This document shows, piece by piece, positions 1 through 8,278 of a stretch of DNA of 37,238 nucleotides. The notes under the pieces were generated by a model, which was given only the letters and a program-made list of their open reading frames with translations, was not told where the DNA came from and made no database searches. The DNA lies in the IMG/VR virus record IMGVR_UViG_3300028585_000531, positions 1 through 37,238 of that record. One strand, written 5' to 3'. Position numbers and translations under genes: made by a program. Source of the DNA: a virus. Its lineage: Duplodnaviria > Caudoviricetes. Each line of letters begins with the position of its first letter. Positions within the stretch are counted from its first letter, which is position 1.

Positions 1-288
1 CTAGCTTTCAAAGCTCTTGTGTTCTAACGGCAAAATGATGCGGTATCCGATGCCGATCTTTCCTGGCATTGGGTGTGGTTGATACCAGCAGAGATACCAG
101 CATTCCTCGCCTTCGCGCTTCCAGCATTTTCCGTTGTAGGTGCCCGACGGATAACTGCGGGAATAATCTGGTAACTCGTCAATCTGGTGGCGAGTGAGCA
201 GAACATGTTTGTCGTCCATCAGCGCGGCGCGGATGTCGGCCGGCTGTCGCCAGTGGCGGCCCATCGGATCGGTCATTTCCGGGATCAT
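1..288 (-). CDS. hypothetical phage early protein (95 aa)
   Basis: ORF with ATGA overlap to the upstream 285..479 gene, in the leftward early operon. Confidence 0.7.
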   Translation of the reverse strand: MIPEMTDPMGRHWRQPADIRAALMDDKHVLLTRHQIDELPDYSRSYPSGTYNGKCWKREGEECWYLCWYQPHPMPGKIGIGYRIILPLEHKSFES

Positions 289-479
289 GCTGAGCCTTCT
301 TCCTCGAATTCAGATCCTTCCTGGCTATTGGAGATGATGCTGGTAACCGTCGGATTGGCAGTCAGGTAACCGAAAGCGCGCAGCAATGCGCCGCGGTACT
401 GGCTCACCGATTGGAACGTGCCGGCGAATGCATCGTCGGCCACCAGCGTGTGTAGTGCCTGCAGGGTCATGAGGGTCAT
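285..479 (-). CDS. hypothetical protein (64 aa)
   Basis: AAGGA RBS upstream; ATGA overlaps at both ends. Confidence 0.6.
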   Translation of the reverse strand: MTLMTLQALHTLVADDAFAGTFQSVSQYRGALLRAFGYLTANPTVTSIISNSQEGSEFEEEGSA

Positions 480-733
480 GCTGTTGTCCTTTCGTTCGTT
501 GAGTGTTTGATCTGGATTTCGCTGCTGTCGAACCCTTCGGCCTTGCCGGCCAGGTAGACCGTCATCGAAATGCCGCCGCCGTCGCGGTTCATAGTCAGGC
601 AGCTGATGAACCGGTTCAAGCCCTGGTGCACGACCGGGCGGGCGCAGTGCATCGACTTCAACAGCAGGAGGTGATGGCGGTAGCTCGCCTCGTCGAGCGG
701 CTGGTCCTGGTTGCCTGGAACTGGTCCCGTCAA
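476..733 (-). CDS. hypothetical protein (~85 aa, TTG start)
   Basis: AGGAGG RBS 4 nt before TTG at 733, which overlaps the stop of 730..924; trimmed from ORF 476..832. Confidence 0.6.
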   Translation of the reverse strand: MTGPVPGNQDQPLDEASYRHHLLLLKSMHCARPVVHQGLNRFISCLTMNRDGGGISMTVYLAGKAEGFDSSEIQIKHSTNERTTA

Positions 734-924
734 GCTGCCTCCTTCACTTGGTCGGCGGCAGCGCGGAAGCACGAGTTGCAGGCGCCGCACTGCACCAGCT
801 GCTTGGCCGTGACGACCTTCCCGCAGGTGCACCGACGGCGGCGCAGGGTGATTGGTCGTGACGCGGCGGTCTCCGCGCGATACAGGTCCGAGCTGAGCCG
901 GCTTGTAGAACCGAAGCTGCTCAT
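730..924 (-). CDS. small Cys-rich (putative Zn-binding) protein
   Basis: CTCGK...CGACNSC motifs; ATGA-coupled to the methyltransferase stop. Confidence 0.6.
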   Translation of the reverse strand: MSSFGSTSRLSSDLYRAETAASRPITLRRRRCTCGKVVTAKQLVQCGACNSCFRAAADQVKEAA

Positions 925-2807
925 GCTGCGCGCGCCATCAACTGTTCGTGCGCGTTGTTAGCGCGGAGAACCGCGACCGCCGGCGGCGGCGACACGCTGT
1001 TGCCGATCATGCGCACCTGGGCCGACGTGGACAGCGGTTTGGTGACGGTACGGCCACGCTTGTTGACCTTGGTGTGCAGCGGGTCGAGCTTGTAGTCGCG
1101 CGGGAAGCCCTGTGCGTTGGCGAGCTCGCGCGGTACGAGCATGCGCAGGCCGATATCGACGACTTCCATCACCTCGCCGTTGATGGTTACCAGTTCGGGC
1201 TGTTCGGCATCCTTGAGGCTCGGGCAGTACTCGCGCAGGAATGCGCGGATCATCTCCCGGCGCGCCTCGGCCTGGCCTGGGTGGGCCAGCGTGGTGCGCA
1301 TCTCGGCATGGTGTGTGCCGCCCGCGCTGACGGTTGCCAGCGGCTCGTTGGTGGCCGCCGCGGTGCTGGTGCCGCGCAGCTTCACCAGGTTGCTTGTGAC
1401 GACCGCATGGCGGTTCTCGGTGACGATGGTGCCGAGTGGCCGGGCGACATCCCACACGTCGCGATCGCCGTTGCTCTTGTTATCGATTCCCACTAAGTGC
1501 GCGGTGACCAGCGAGGTGTGGTCAGTCGTCGTCACGGTAGGCGTGGGCTGTTCGACGCTCGCCCCGACGGCGCCCTTGTAATGCTTCGCCAGGTACGCGC
1601 AGGTCACGCCGACGCGATCCTTGGTAACGATGGTCGGCATCGGCCTGTCGGCCGAGACGTTCTGGCTGCCGCTCTTGTAGTACTGCACAAGCGATGCTGT
1701 CACCAGGCCCAACCCGTGGGCAGCTCCAGCTGGACGTGCTGCGCCGCCGCCAGACGTGACCGTTGCCAGCGGCTCTCCAGCAGCATGCCCAACGCTGCCA
1801 GTGTTGAACTTCGTTACGTGGGGAATGACGATCGCGCGATGGTTCTCCGTAGTCATAGTGCCGAGCGGCTGGTCGGCCGACACTGGCTTGCCGGCGTATG
1901 CGGCTCCCCCGCACCCCACGATATAGGGCCGGGCTGCATCCTTGACATACCGCTCGAAGCCCTTGCCGACCCGGCGCAGCGTCGCATCGGCCAGCGGCTT
2001 CTTGCGATCGAAGATCGACCGGCAGGGAATCGTCCAGTCGATGCAGTCGGCAGCGGTGACGAACGGCAGCAGCTTGCCCGACTTGACCTCGACCGAATTC
2101 GGATCGCCGTGGGTCGGATGCGGCCAGCGGATGGCGATGCCGTCGCGGCGCATGACCATGAACAGGCGCTTGCGGATGGTGCCGGCGCCAAAGTCGCAGG
2201 CGCGCAGCACCCGCCATTCGACCTGGTAGCCCAGGCCGGCGAAGATGCGCTCGATCGGGAAATCGTCGCCGAGCGTCGCGCGGATCTCGGGCAGGTCCGG
2301 GTGATCCTTGGGCAGGCCCGTCGTCAGTGCCAGTACGAACGCCTGGAAGGTCTGGCCCTTGTGCTGCTTCATCGGCCGGCCTGCCGCGTCCAGCGGCCCC
2401 CAGGTCTGGAACTCTTCCACGTTCTCAAGGAAGATCAGGCGAGGCGCCAGCTGCACGCCCCACTTCAACACTACCCACGCGAGCCCGCGCGTGGTCTGGT
2501 CGAGAATGTTGTGGCCCTTCGCCCTGGAGAAGTGCGTGCAGGTCGGCGAGAACCACGCCGCGCCGAGCGGACCGTCGCCGATCTCGCGCAGCGGGTCGAC
2601 CAGGAACACGTCCTCGCGGATGTGGCGGGTGGTTGGATGGTTCGCCGAGTGCATCGACAGCGCCTCGCCGCAGTGGTTGATAGCGATGTCCGGGTCGCGG
2701 CCGAAGGCCTGTCGGATCGCCTCGCTGGCGCCACCTCCGCCGGCAAAGTTGTCTGCAATGCGCTCATGGCCGAAGCCCAGCGACAGGGTGAATGCGTCAC
2801 GCTTCAT
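921..2807 (-). CDS. orphan DNA (cytosine-5)-methyltransferase
   Basis: Motif I DNFAGGGG, catalytic SPTCTHFS, motif VI ENVEEF, motif VIII RKRLF, motifs IX/X RELANAQGFP...IGNSVSP. Confidence 0.92.
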   Translation of the reverse strand: MKRDAFTLSLGFGHERIADNFAGGGGASEAIRQAFGRDPDIAINHCGEALSMHSANHPTTRHIREDVFLVDPLREIGDGPLGAAWFSPTCTHFSRAKGHNILDQTTRGLAWVVLKWGVQLAPRLIFLENVEEFQTWGPLDAAGRPMKQHKGQTFQAFVLALTTGLPKDHPDLPEIRATLGDDFPIERIFAGLGYQVEWRVLRACDFGAGTIRKRLFMVMRRDGIAIRWPHPTHGDPNSVEVKSGKLLPFVTAADCIDWTIPCRSIFDRKKPLADATLRRVGKGFERYVKDAARPYIVGCGGAAYAGKPVSADQPLGTMTTENHRAIVIPHVTKFNTGSVGHAAGEPLATVTSGGGAARPAGAAHGLGLVTASLVQYYKSGSQNVSADRPMPTIVTKDRVGVTCAYLAKHYKGAVGASVEQPTPTVTTTDHTSLVTAHLVGIDNKSNGDRDVWDVARPLGTIVTENRHAVVTSNLVKLRGTSTAAATNEPLATVSAGGTHHAEMRTTLAHPGQAEARREMIRAFLREYCPSLKDAEQPELVTINGEVMEVVDIGLRMLVPRELANAQGFPRDYKLDPLHTKVNKRGRTVTKPLSTSAQVRMIGNSVSPPPAVAVLRANNAHEQLMARAA

Positions 2808-3219
2808 GTTGATTATTCGTTGGGGTTGGTTCGACGATGGCGAAGAACGCCTCGACCTCGGCTACGGCGCGCTTGAAGCGCTGGAGCGGCAGGCGGTGCA
2901 GCGCTGCGTCGATGTTGGCGGCCACCTGGCGCAGGCCTGCGGCCTCCTCGCGCTCCACGGTGACCTGTCCAGTCTTCTCGAAGCGATCGCAGATGCGGTT
3001 CATCAGTTGTGTGCCAGGTGCGAGCAAGGCCGGGCGCATGCCAGCGCGGTCCAGCGCCGCCAGCATCTTCGACATCGCGTTGTACGCGTCGATGGAAGGG
3101 CGTGCGGCGAGCACCTCGCCCGCCATGCGCACTTCGATTGCGAGCCTGTCGCGGGTCTCGGTCACCATCGGCACATTCGCCTTTGGCTGGAAGTCGGGGC
3201 GGCGGTGGAATCGGCGCAT
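2797..3219 (-). CDS. hypothetical protein (140 aa)
   Basis: ORF packed in the operon, overlapping the methyltransferase start. Confidence 0.65.
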   Translation of the reverse strand: MRRFHRRPDFQPKANVPMVTETRDRLAIEVRMAGEVLAARPSIDAYNAMSKMLAALDRAGMRPALLAPGTQLMNRICDRFEKTGQVTVEREEAAGLRQVAANIDAALHRLPLQRFKRAVAEVEAFFAIVEPTPTNNQHEA

Positions 3220-3233
3220 GGCGAGCTCGCGGC

Positions 3234-4112
3234 TTACGGGCGGCCGATGAGGACGGTGAAGCCGTTCTCGCGCGCCTGGTCGACGTAGGCCTGGAAGGCG
3301 TCCTCGATCGCGTTGTCGGCGCGGTCCAGTTCGTACCAGAACTTGAGCTTGCCGCCGCCCAGGCGATACTTCAAGCGGGCGCGGATCTTGTAGCCGTCGC
3401 CGTTCTTGAACAGGCGCAGGCCGATGGTGAACTCGCGCGGGATCTCGATCAGGCCGGTGCCGGCGCGTGCGTCGACAGTCTCGCTGTAGGCGAACTGGAC
3501 TTGGCCGTTGTCCAGCCGCTTTTGGCTGCTGAAGTTGACTTCGGTCTTCGCCTGCAGGGTCAGTGCGACCTGGAGCAAGGCTTCGCCGGATGGCTCGACC
3601 ACGTCGGCGATGTTGTCTTCCAGGAAGATGGCGAAGTCTTCCTGCTCCATCAGCTTCTTGTTGTACTGCAGCCAGTTCGTGAACTCGCGGCTCAGCTCGG
3701 CCTTGTACACGGCACGGTGGTCGCGCCAGCCCGACTCGCTGTCCTCCTTCGAATGTTCGTTCAGGACCGCCGTCAGCGCGCGGGTGTCCGGGTCGGCGTA
3801 GATGTACGTGTCGTGCGTCTGGCCTTGGTCGGCCACGTACACGTTGAAGCTCGCAAGGTCGCCAAGCTGGACGGTGCCGGTCTTGCGCTTCGGATGGGCG
3901 CCAGCCTTCTCCAGAGCGGCGGTCAGGTCGATGTGCTTGAAGTCTTCCGGGATCACCAAGTGCGTGGTGCCGTCGATCTGCTGGATTGCGCTTGCCGCCA
4001 GCGACAGGGCGCCGATCTTGTCGATCGTGCTGGCGTCAAAGTGGGTCTGCTCGATGGTGCTTGCGATGGTGCTGCCGGCGATGCCGGTCGAATTGTTTTT
4101 GTCGTCGTTCAC
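3234..4112 (-). CDS. DUF2303 / YfdQ-family phage protein
   Basis: Resembles the family by eye (GWRDHRA.Y...LS.EF..W, Q.DFA.FLEDN, IP.EF); GTG start with AAGGA RBS. Confidence 0.8.
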   Translation of the reverse strand: MNDDKNNSTGIAGSTIASTIEQTHFDASTIDKIGALSLAASAIQQIDGTTHLVIPEDFKHIDLTAALEKAGAHPKRKTGTVQLGDLASFNVYVADQGQTHDTYIYADPDTRALTAVLNEHSKEDSESGWRDHRAVYKAELSREFTNWLQYNKKLMEQEDFAIFLEDNIADVVEPSGEALLQVALTLQAKTEVNFSSQKRLDNGQVQFAYSETVDARAGTGLIEIPREFTIGLRLFKNGDGYKIRARLKYRLGGGKLKFWYELDRADNAIEDAFQAYVDQARENGFTVLIGRP

Positions 4113-4114
4113 GT

Positions 4115-4456
4115 TCAGGCTTCCTTGAAGTTGAGTGGGGTAGGGGTGATGGCCTCGCGCAGCTCCAGCGTCTGCTGGCGCGGATGGTTGCGCGACAGGT
4201 CGTTGTCGTCGGTGAGCCAGAAGAAGTCGTCGCCACGCTCCGGCTTCGGCAGCTTCGTGGTGATGGCGTCCGAGATCGTGACCTTGTCGACGTCGGAGCC
4301 GCGGCTGGCTGGTTTCACCTTGAGCTTCAAGGTGATCTCGCCGGCCTTGCCGGTCTCCTTGACGGCGGCCAGCAGCTCGGCCAGCGACGCCGTCAGTTCG
4401 GTGTGCGCGCGGCCGTCACGCAGGTCCTGGAGGAAGATGGCGAATGCTTTCGTCAT
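4115..4456 (-). CDS. conserved phage protein, usual partner of DUF2303 (113 aa)
   Basis: GKAGEITLKLKVKP...FFWLTDDNDLSRNHPRQ; ATG at 4456 with GGAGG RBS and ATGA overlap. Confidence 0.75.
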   Translation of the reverse strand: MTKAFAIFLQDLRDGRAHTELTASLAELLAAVKETGKAGEITLKLKVKPASRGSDVDKVTISDAITTKLPKPERGDDFFWLTDDNDLSRNHPRQQTLELREAITPTPLNFKEA

Positions 4457-4650
4457 GCCGCCTCCGCATGCTGCAGGTCGTTGACGGGGACGCGCCACGG
4501 CGCGCCGTCGAGGGTGCCGGCAACGCGAACGAATGCGATGCGAGCGCCGTTGCCGATGTCCGTGAGAATCTCGGCGACGGTGCCTTGCTGTGGGCCGGAT
4601 TCGCTGTCGAACTTGACGGGCGAGCCGGGGCCAATGGAGTTGCGTTCCAT
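4453..4650 (-). CDS. hypothetical protein (65 aa)
   Basis: AAAGGA RBS; tightly packed in the operon. Confidence 0.65.
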   Translation of the reverse strand: MERNSIGPGSPVKFDSESGPQQGTVAEILTDIGNGARIAFVRVAGTLDGAPWRVPVNDLQHAEAA

Positions 4651-4660
4651 GGTGGTCCTT

Positions 4661-5542
4661 TCAGGTGGTGGTGTAATTGGCTGCGTTCGCGAGCAGCGTG
4701 TTCAGGTCGTCGCTATGAGTGACCTCGTTTGGTACTTGGAACTTGATGGTGTAGGTGCGATGCGTCTCGCCAGGGAACGGCCACCCCTGTGCTTGCGCAT
4801 TCGCGACCAGCCAGGCGACGATGAACTTGTCATCCGGCTTGCGCGGGGAGCTTCGTCGCGCAAGCGCCTTCGGCGTCACCTTCTCCTTGCCGTTGGCCTT
4901 GGCCTCCTCCAGTCCCTCCTGGATGACTGCGCCGGCCTTGGCGCCGTGTTGCTTGACCATCTTGAGCGCCGCGGTACCGGAGATCTGTCCTGCGTTCACC
5001 AGCTGGTGAACGTCGCTGTTGGACTCGGCCAGTTGGATCATGTCCTTGACGTGCTGGACGGACTTGCCGCCGCGGTTGGCGATCTGCAGCTCCGACCAGC
5101 CGAAGCCAACTAGCTTGCGGTACTGCACGCCGAGTTGAAGCGGCGTGAGGGGCAGGCCGCCGGCACTGGTGATCATGTGGGCGACGCGGTCGGCATCGTT
5201 GCCACGGAAGTGGCGTGCCTCCAGCAGCTTGATTTCGAAGCCTTCGGCAATGTTCTTAAGTGACGCCGCACGACGGTGGTAACCGTCAACGACAATAATG
5301 CGACCGGCCACGACCTGCACATCGATCGGAGGGAACACCGCACCGTTACGCTGGGCCAGCGCCATCTCTTCAACGTGCTGCAGACTGAGTGGACGGGCGT
5401 TGTATTCTTCGTCGGCCTCCAGCACGCGTGGATCGACGGCGAAGGAGGTGACCTTCGATACGTTCGGATTGTTCTTGTCCTCGGCAGCGACTTTCAGCGA
5501 TACGAAATCGGCTTTTGGAGTGAGGCTGTTCGGTGTTGTCAT
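4661..5542 (-). CDS. ParB/Srx-domain protein with HTH
   Basis: PPIDVQ...IIVVDGYHRRAA ParB-box motif, followed by HTH-like GWSELQIANRGGKSVQHV. Confidence 0.8.
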   Translation of the reverse strand: MTTPNSLTPKADFVSLKVAAEDKNNPNVSKVTSFAVDPRVLEADEEYNARPLSLQHVEEMALAQRNGAVFPPIDVQVVAGRIIVVDGYHRRAASLKNIAEGFEIKLLEARHFRGNDADRVAHMITSAGGLPLTPLQLGVQYRKLVGFGWSELQIANRGGKSVQHVKDMIQLAESNSDVHQLVNAGQISGTAALKMVKQHGAKAGAVIQEGLEEAKANGKEKVTPKALARRSSPRKPDDKFIVAWLVANAQAQGWPFPGETHRTYTIKFQVPNEVTHSDDLNTLLANAANYTTT

Positions 5543-5549
5543 CTGGTGA

Positions 5550-5738
5550 TCAATCTTGGTCGTTGGCCTGCAGCTTCTTCACATCGGTCCGCGCGCGGCG
5601 CTGCATGTGCCGGCGGGCGACGGCCTCCAAGATGATCTTGAGGGCGGGGTGGGTGAGCATCTCGTCCAGGTGGGCGTCCGTGTGAAGCGCGCGGTGCGCG
5701 ATTTCAAGGGCTGCTCGGTCGGGCGAGGCGCGGTGCAT
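5550..5738 (-). CDS. hypothetical protein (62 aa)
   Basis: GGAG RBS; packed in the operon. Confidence 0.65.
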   Translation of the reverse strand: MHRASPDRAALEIAHRALHTDAHLDEMLTHPALKIILEAVARRHMQRRARTDVKKLQANDQD

Positions 5739-5740
5739 GG

Positions 5741-5839
5741 CTATCTCCGGGGCATCCGGTGCTGGCGTGCCAGGCTCACGGCCTGGAGGAGCGGCTTGCC
5801 GATGAAGCGGTAGTAGCGGAAGAGGGAAAGGAACCCCAT
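5741..5839 (-). CDS. small hypothetical protein (32 aa, MGFLSLFRYY...)
   Basis: Exactly fills the gap between neighbouring minus-strand genes. Confidence 0.45.
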   Translation of the reverse strand: MGFLSLFRYYRFIGKPLLQAVSLARQHRMPRR

Positions 5840-5840
5840 C

Positions 5841-6077
5841 TCAGGCCGCCGCGAGGTTCGCCATCGATAGCCGCGGCTCGACGTACGGTATGGATGGATC
5901 GTGGTCGAACAGGCCGCACAGCATGGCGTCGATCTCGTGCTCTCCCAGCGACTCCATCGAGCCGGACAGGCGAGCGATGAAGATCGCCAGACGGCGTTCG
6001 CAGTCGGCCGGTGCATCGGAGGAGGCTTTGGCGACGCAGTCCGCGATTGCGGTGCGCAGGGCAGCTACGGTGCTCAC
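5841..6077 (-). CDS. hypothetical protein (~78 aa)
   Basis: GTG start at 6077 overlapping the upstream stop (GTGA), GGAGG RBS. Confidence 0.6.
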   Translation of the reverse strand: MSTVAALRTAIADCVAKASSDAPADCERRLAIFIARLSGSMESLGEHEIDAMLCGLFDHDPSIPYVEPRLSMANLAAA

Positions 6078-6343
6078 GCTTCCTCCGTGCGCATCTGCGA
6101 GCGCCACACTTCGCGGCCTTCGTCCATGCCGGCGATGAAGGCGTCGCGCTCGGCGCTGCCAGCGGCGTATGGAGCGGAAATGTCAAACGTGCTGTTGGCG
6201 CGGAAAGCCAGCACAGCGCGTACGCCATTCTTGTAGGCGTCGCTGCGCGGCTCCCGAGGGCGGTCGAACGCTAGTTTCATCAGGTGCTCGACCAGGTCGC
6301 CAGTAGCGCGGGTCGCACCGTTCGGGATGGTGGAGGAGGTCAC
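6074..6343 (-). CDS. hypothetical protein (89 aa)
   Basis: GAGG RBS, GTGA overlap; RS.AYK.G...PY..GSAERDAF.AG..EG pattern. Confidence 0.65.
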   Translation of the reverse strand: MTSSTIPNGATRATGDLVEHLMKLAFDRPREPRSDAYKNGVRAVLAFRANSTFDISAPYAAGSAERDAFIAGMDEGREVWRSQMRTEEA

Positions 6344-6495
6344 GCGCGCACCTCGCGATCGGTGACGGTGATCCCGCAGGGAACGTTCGCAAATTGAGTT
6401 GCGGCGGCTTCTGCGGCCTCGGCCGTGCTGGCGGCCGGCACGGTCAGCGCGTGGGCTGCGCCGGTCGTTCGGACGATCACTCGGTAGGTGTTCAT
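6340..6495 (-). CDS. first gene of the leftward early operon (51 aa)
   Basis: GGAG RBS before ATG at 6495, immediately downstream of PL. Confidence 0.65.
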   Translation of the reverse strand: MNTYRVIVRTTGAAHALTVPAASTAEAAEAAATQFANVPCGITVTDREVRA

Positions 6496-6522
6496 GTGCG
6501 CTCCATCAAAGTCGATGAAGCA

Positions 6523-6564
6523 ATTATCGGAGTTCCGATCTACTAAGTCAATCGGATTACCTAT
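6523..6564 (-). promoter_or_regulatory. PL promoter with two repressor operators (OL)
   Basis: Minus strand TTGACT(6551-6546)-N17-GATAAT(6528-6523); operators ATCGGAGTTCCGAT 6526-6539 and ATCGGATTACCTAT 6551-6564. Confidence 0.85.
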
Positions 6565-6581
6565 AAATTTATTTCTAGGCG

Positions 6582-6606
6582 AAAAAAAGCCCCGCATAAC
6601 GGGGCT
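6582..6606 (-). terminator. intrinsic terminator of the cI operon
   Basis: Minus strand AGCCCCG-TTATG-CGGGGCT hairpin followed by a T run. Confidence 0.85.
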
Positions 6607-6626
6607 GGTCGGAGGTGTTGAGGTGC

Positions 6627-7004
6627 TTAATCGGTAGGCGACGAAGCTTTCACCAGTTCCTCTTTGCGCTGATCGGGTGGCAGCCTGCACAGTGCTCTTG
6701 CGGTGTCCTTCGTGATGCCTTTGTTTTCCAATATGCGATCAACCCGGCGCGACTGCGCAATGCAGTTTTCAAAGTTAGTTTGTCTAACCTCGCTGGACGA
6801 AGATTGGTTGGAGCGCCCGAGAGCAGCCATGCCTTCATCAAGATTCTTGGTTACGGCAGATCCGATTTCGCAAGACTCAGAAAGTAGTTCGGCTGTCGAC
6901 ATGTCCTTCATTTCTTGATAGTCCAGCGTTGCGCAAGAGCTGGCCAGTGCAAGCCCTGGGACCATGAGGGACAAGAGCGAAGCGAATATGATTGGTTTGA
7001 ACAT
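6627..7004 (-). CDS. exported protein co-transcribed with cI (125 aa)
   Basis: Signal peptide MFKPIIFASLLSLMVPGLALA, 4 Cys, lower GC; starts 2 nt after the cI stop. Confidence 0.75.
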   Translation of the reverse strand: MFKPIIFASLLSLMVPGLALASSCATLDYQEMKDMSTAELLSESCEIGSAVTKNLDEGMAALGRSNQSSSSEVRQTNFENCIAQSRRVDRILENKGITKDTARALCRLPPDQRKEELVKASSPTD

Positions 7005-7006
7005 GA

Positions 7007-7726
7007 TTAAAGTCTTCCGGTTACAACTCGTCCAGGTTGATACACCACTCTCCCTACAATACTGCACTGCCCACTCTTTGCATTCACAGGCCCATGGTCG
7101 GGATTTATCGAGTGAAGATACCATTGCCCGCCGCGGTATATGAGCTGCTTGATGCAGGGTTCGCCGTTGAAGTTCACTGCATAGATTTCCCTGCTAACGG
7201 GCTTGGTATCGGATTTGTCAATGATGATGACGTCATCTTCGAACAACATCGGCTCCATGCTCATTCCACGCACCCGTAGCGCTAGAAGATTGCGTGGATC
7301 AAGACGCAAGGCGGTCAAGACGGCGCGAGGCATTTGCTCATGACCGTCGCCATTCATGTCGGGTTCGGTGTCGAACTGCGCAACGCCCGCGCGCAGGCGC
7401 AGTCGAACGCGCGGCACTGCAACGGTATCAGGCTCATCGCCTGCCACGACGCGTACTGCGCCAGGGAACAAAGAGCCTTCCTCTATGAATGGAGCCTCAT
7501 CTGCGAGGGCATGGTTCTCACCCTGCATCGTTCCCTTTCCAGTCTCTAGCCACAGGGCATTTACTCCCAGTGCAGCTGCGAATGAGGCGACCATGGTCGT
7601 GCCCTGGCTCTCGCCAGTTTCAAGCTCCGATAGTGATGCTTGCGCCATCCCAACTTTCTGGGCGAGCGCCTTCTGGGTCAGCTTCGCCGCGCGGCGAGCC
7701 TCCCTAATTCTTGAGCCTATAGACAT
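7007..7726 (-). CDS. cI: CI-like repressor (XRE HTH + S24 peptidase)
   Basis: LTQKALAQKVGMAQASLSELETG HTH; RAG cleavage region; VRGMSMEP and CIKQL Ser/Lys dyad; start set at MSIGSRIRE. Confidence 0.93.
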   Translation of the reverse strand: MSIGSRIREARRAAKLTQKALAQKVGMAQASLSELETGESQGTTMVASFAAALGVNALWLETGKGTMQGENHALADEAPFIEEGSLFPGAVRVVAGDEPDTVAVPRVRLRLRAGVAQFDTEPDMNGDGHEQMPRAVLTALRLDPRNLLALRVRGMSMEPMLFEDDVIIIDKSDTKPVSREIYAVNFNGEPCIKQLIYRGGQWYLHSINPDHGPVNAKSGQCSIVGRVVYQPGRVVTGRL

Positions 7727-7792
7727 ACCGATATTATCGTGCGGCAAACGTTCGGAATTCCGATTGACTTCATAAATCGGATTTCCTATAAT
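7719..7792. promoter_or_regulatory. OR region: divergent PR/PRM with three operators
   Basis: PR TTGACT(7764-7769)-N17-TATAAT(7787-7792); PRM -10 GATAAT on minus (7738-7733); operators at 7719-7732, 7751-7764, 7776-7789. Confidence 0.88.
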
Positions 7793-7799
7793 CTGTTCC

Positions 7800-8057
7800 A
7801 TGGACATTCCTCATACGATTTCGGGCCTTCGTAAGGCCGGGTTGACCCAGGCGCAAATCGGTAGCGCGGTGGGCCTTAAACAAACTTCGATCAGCGACAT
7901 GGAAGCAGGTAAGGCTGGCATCAAGCGGCCTTCCTACGCCGTGGTCAGCGGGTTGCAGCAGCTCGCGCGCGATTACGGGGTCACGACGGAGCGCGCCGCC
8001 GAACTGGCGGTTGCGCAGTCCGCTGTGTCCAGTCCGGCTCCTGTGCCCACCTCGTAG
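7800..8057 (+). CDS. cro: Cro-like HTH regulator
   Basis: GLTQAQIGSAVGLKQTSISDM HTH; divergent from cI. Confidence 0.88.
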   Translation: MDIPHTISGLRKAGLTQAQIGSAVGLKQTSISDMEAGKAGIKRPSYAVVSGLQQLARDYGVTTERAAELAVAQSAVSSPAPVPTS

Positions 8058-8278
8058 GCCCAAGTCAGTCCAGCATCCGTCTGCATAGCGCGCAGCGTGA
8101 TCAGCGGGCCGCTATGAACGTGCAACGTTAGCTCGAAAGCCAGTACGCCATCCTCAACAAGGTGGTGGAACTTTTGCTCGGTCTTAAAGTTGCACATAGG
8201 AAATTTTTTGTTAGCAAGGTTGCACAAGACTATCAACATTGCCTTGTTCGCAATACCCAAGAATTGGAAGGAAACGCT

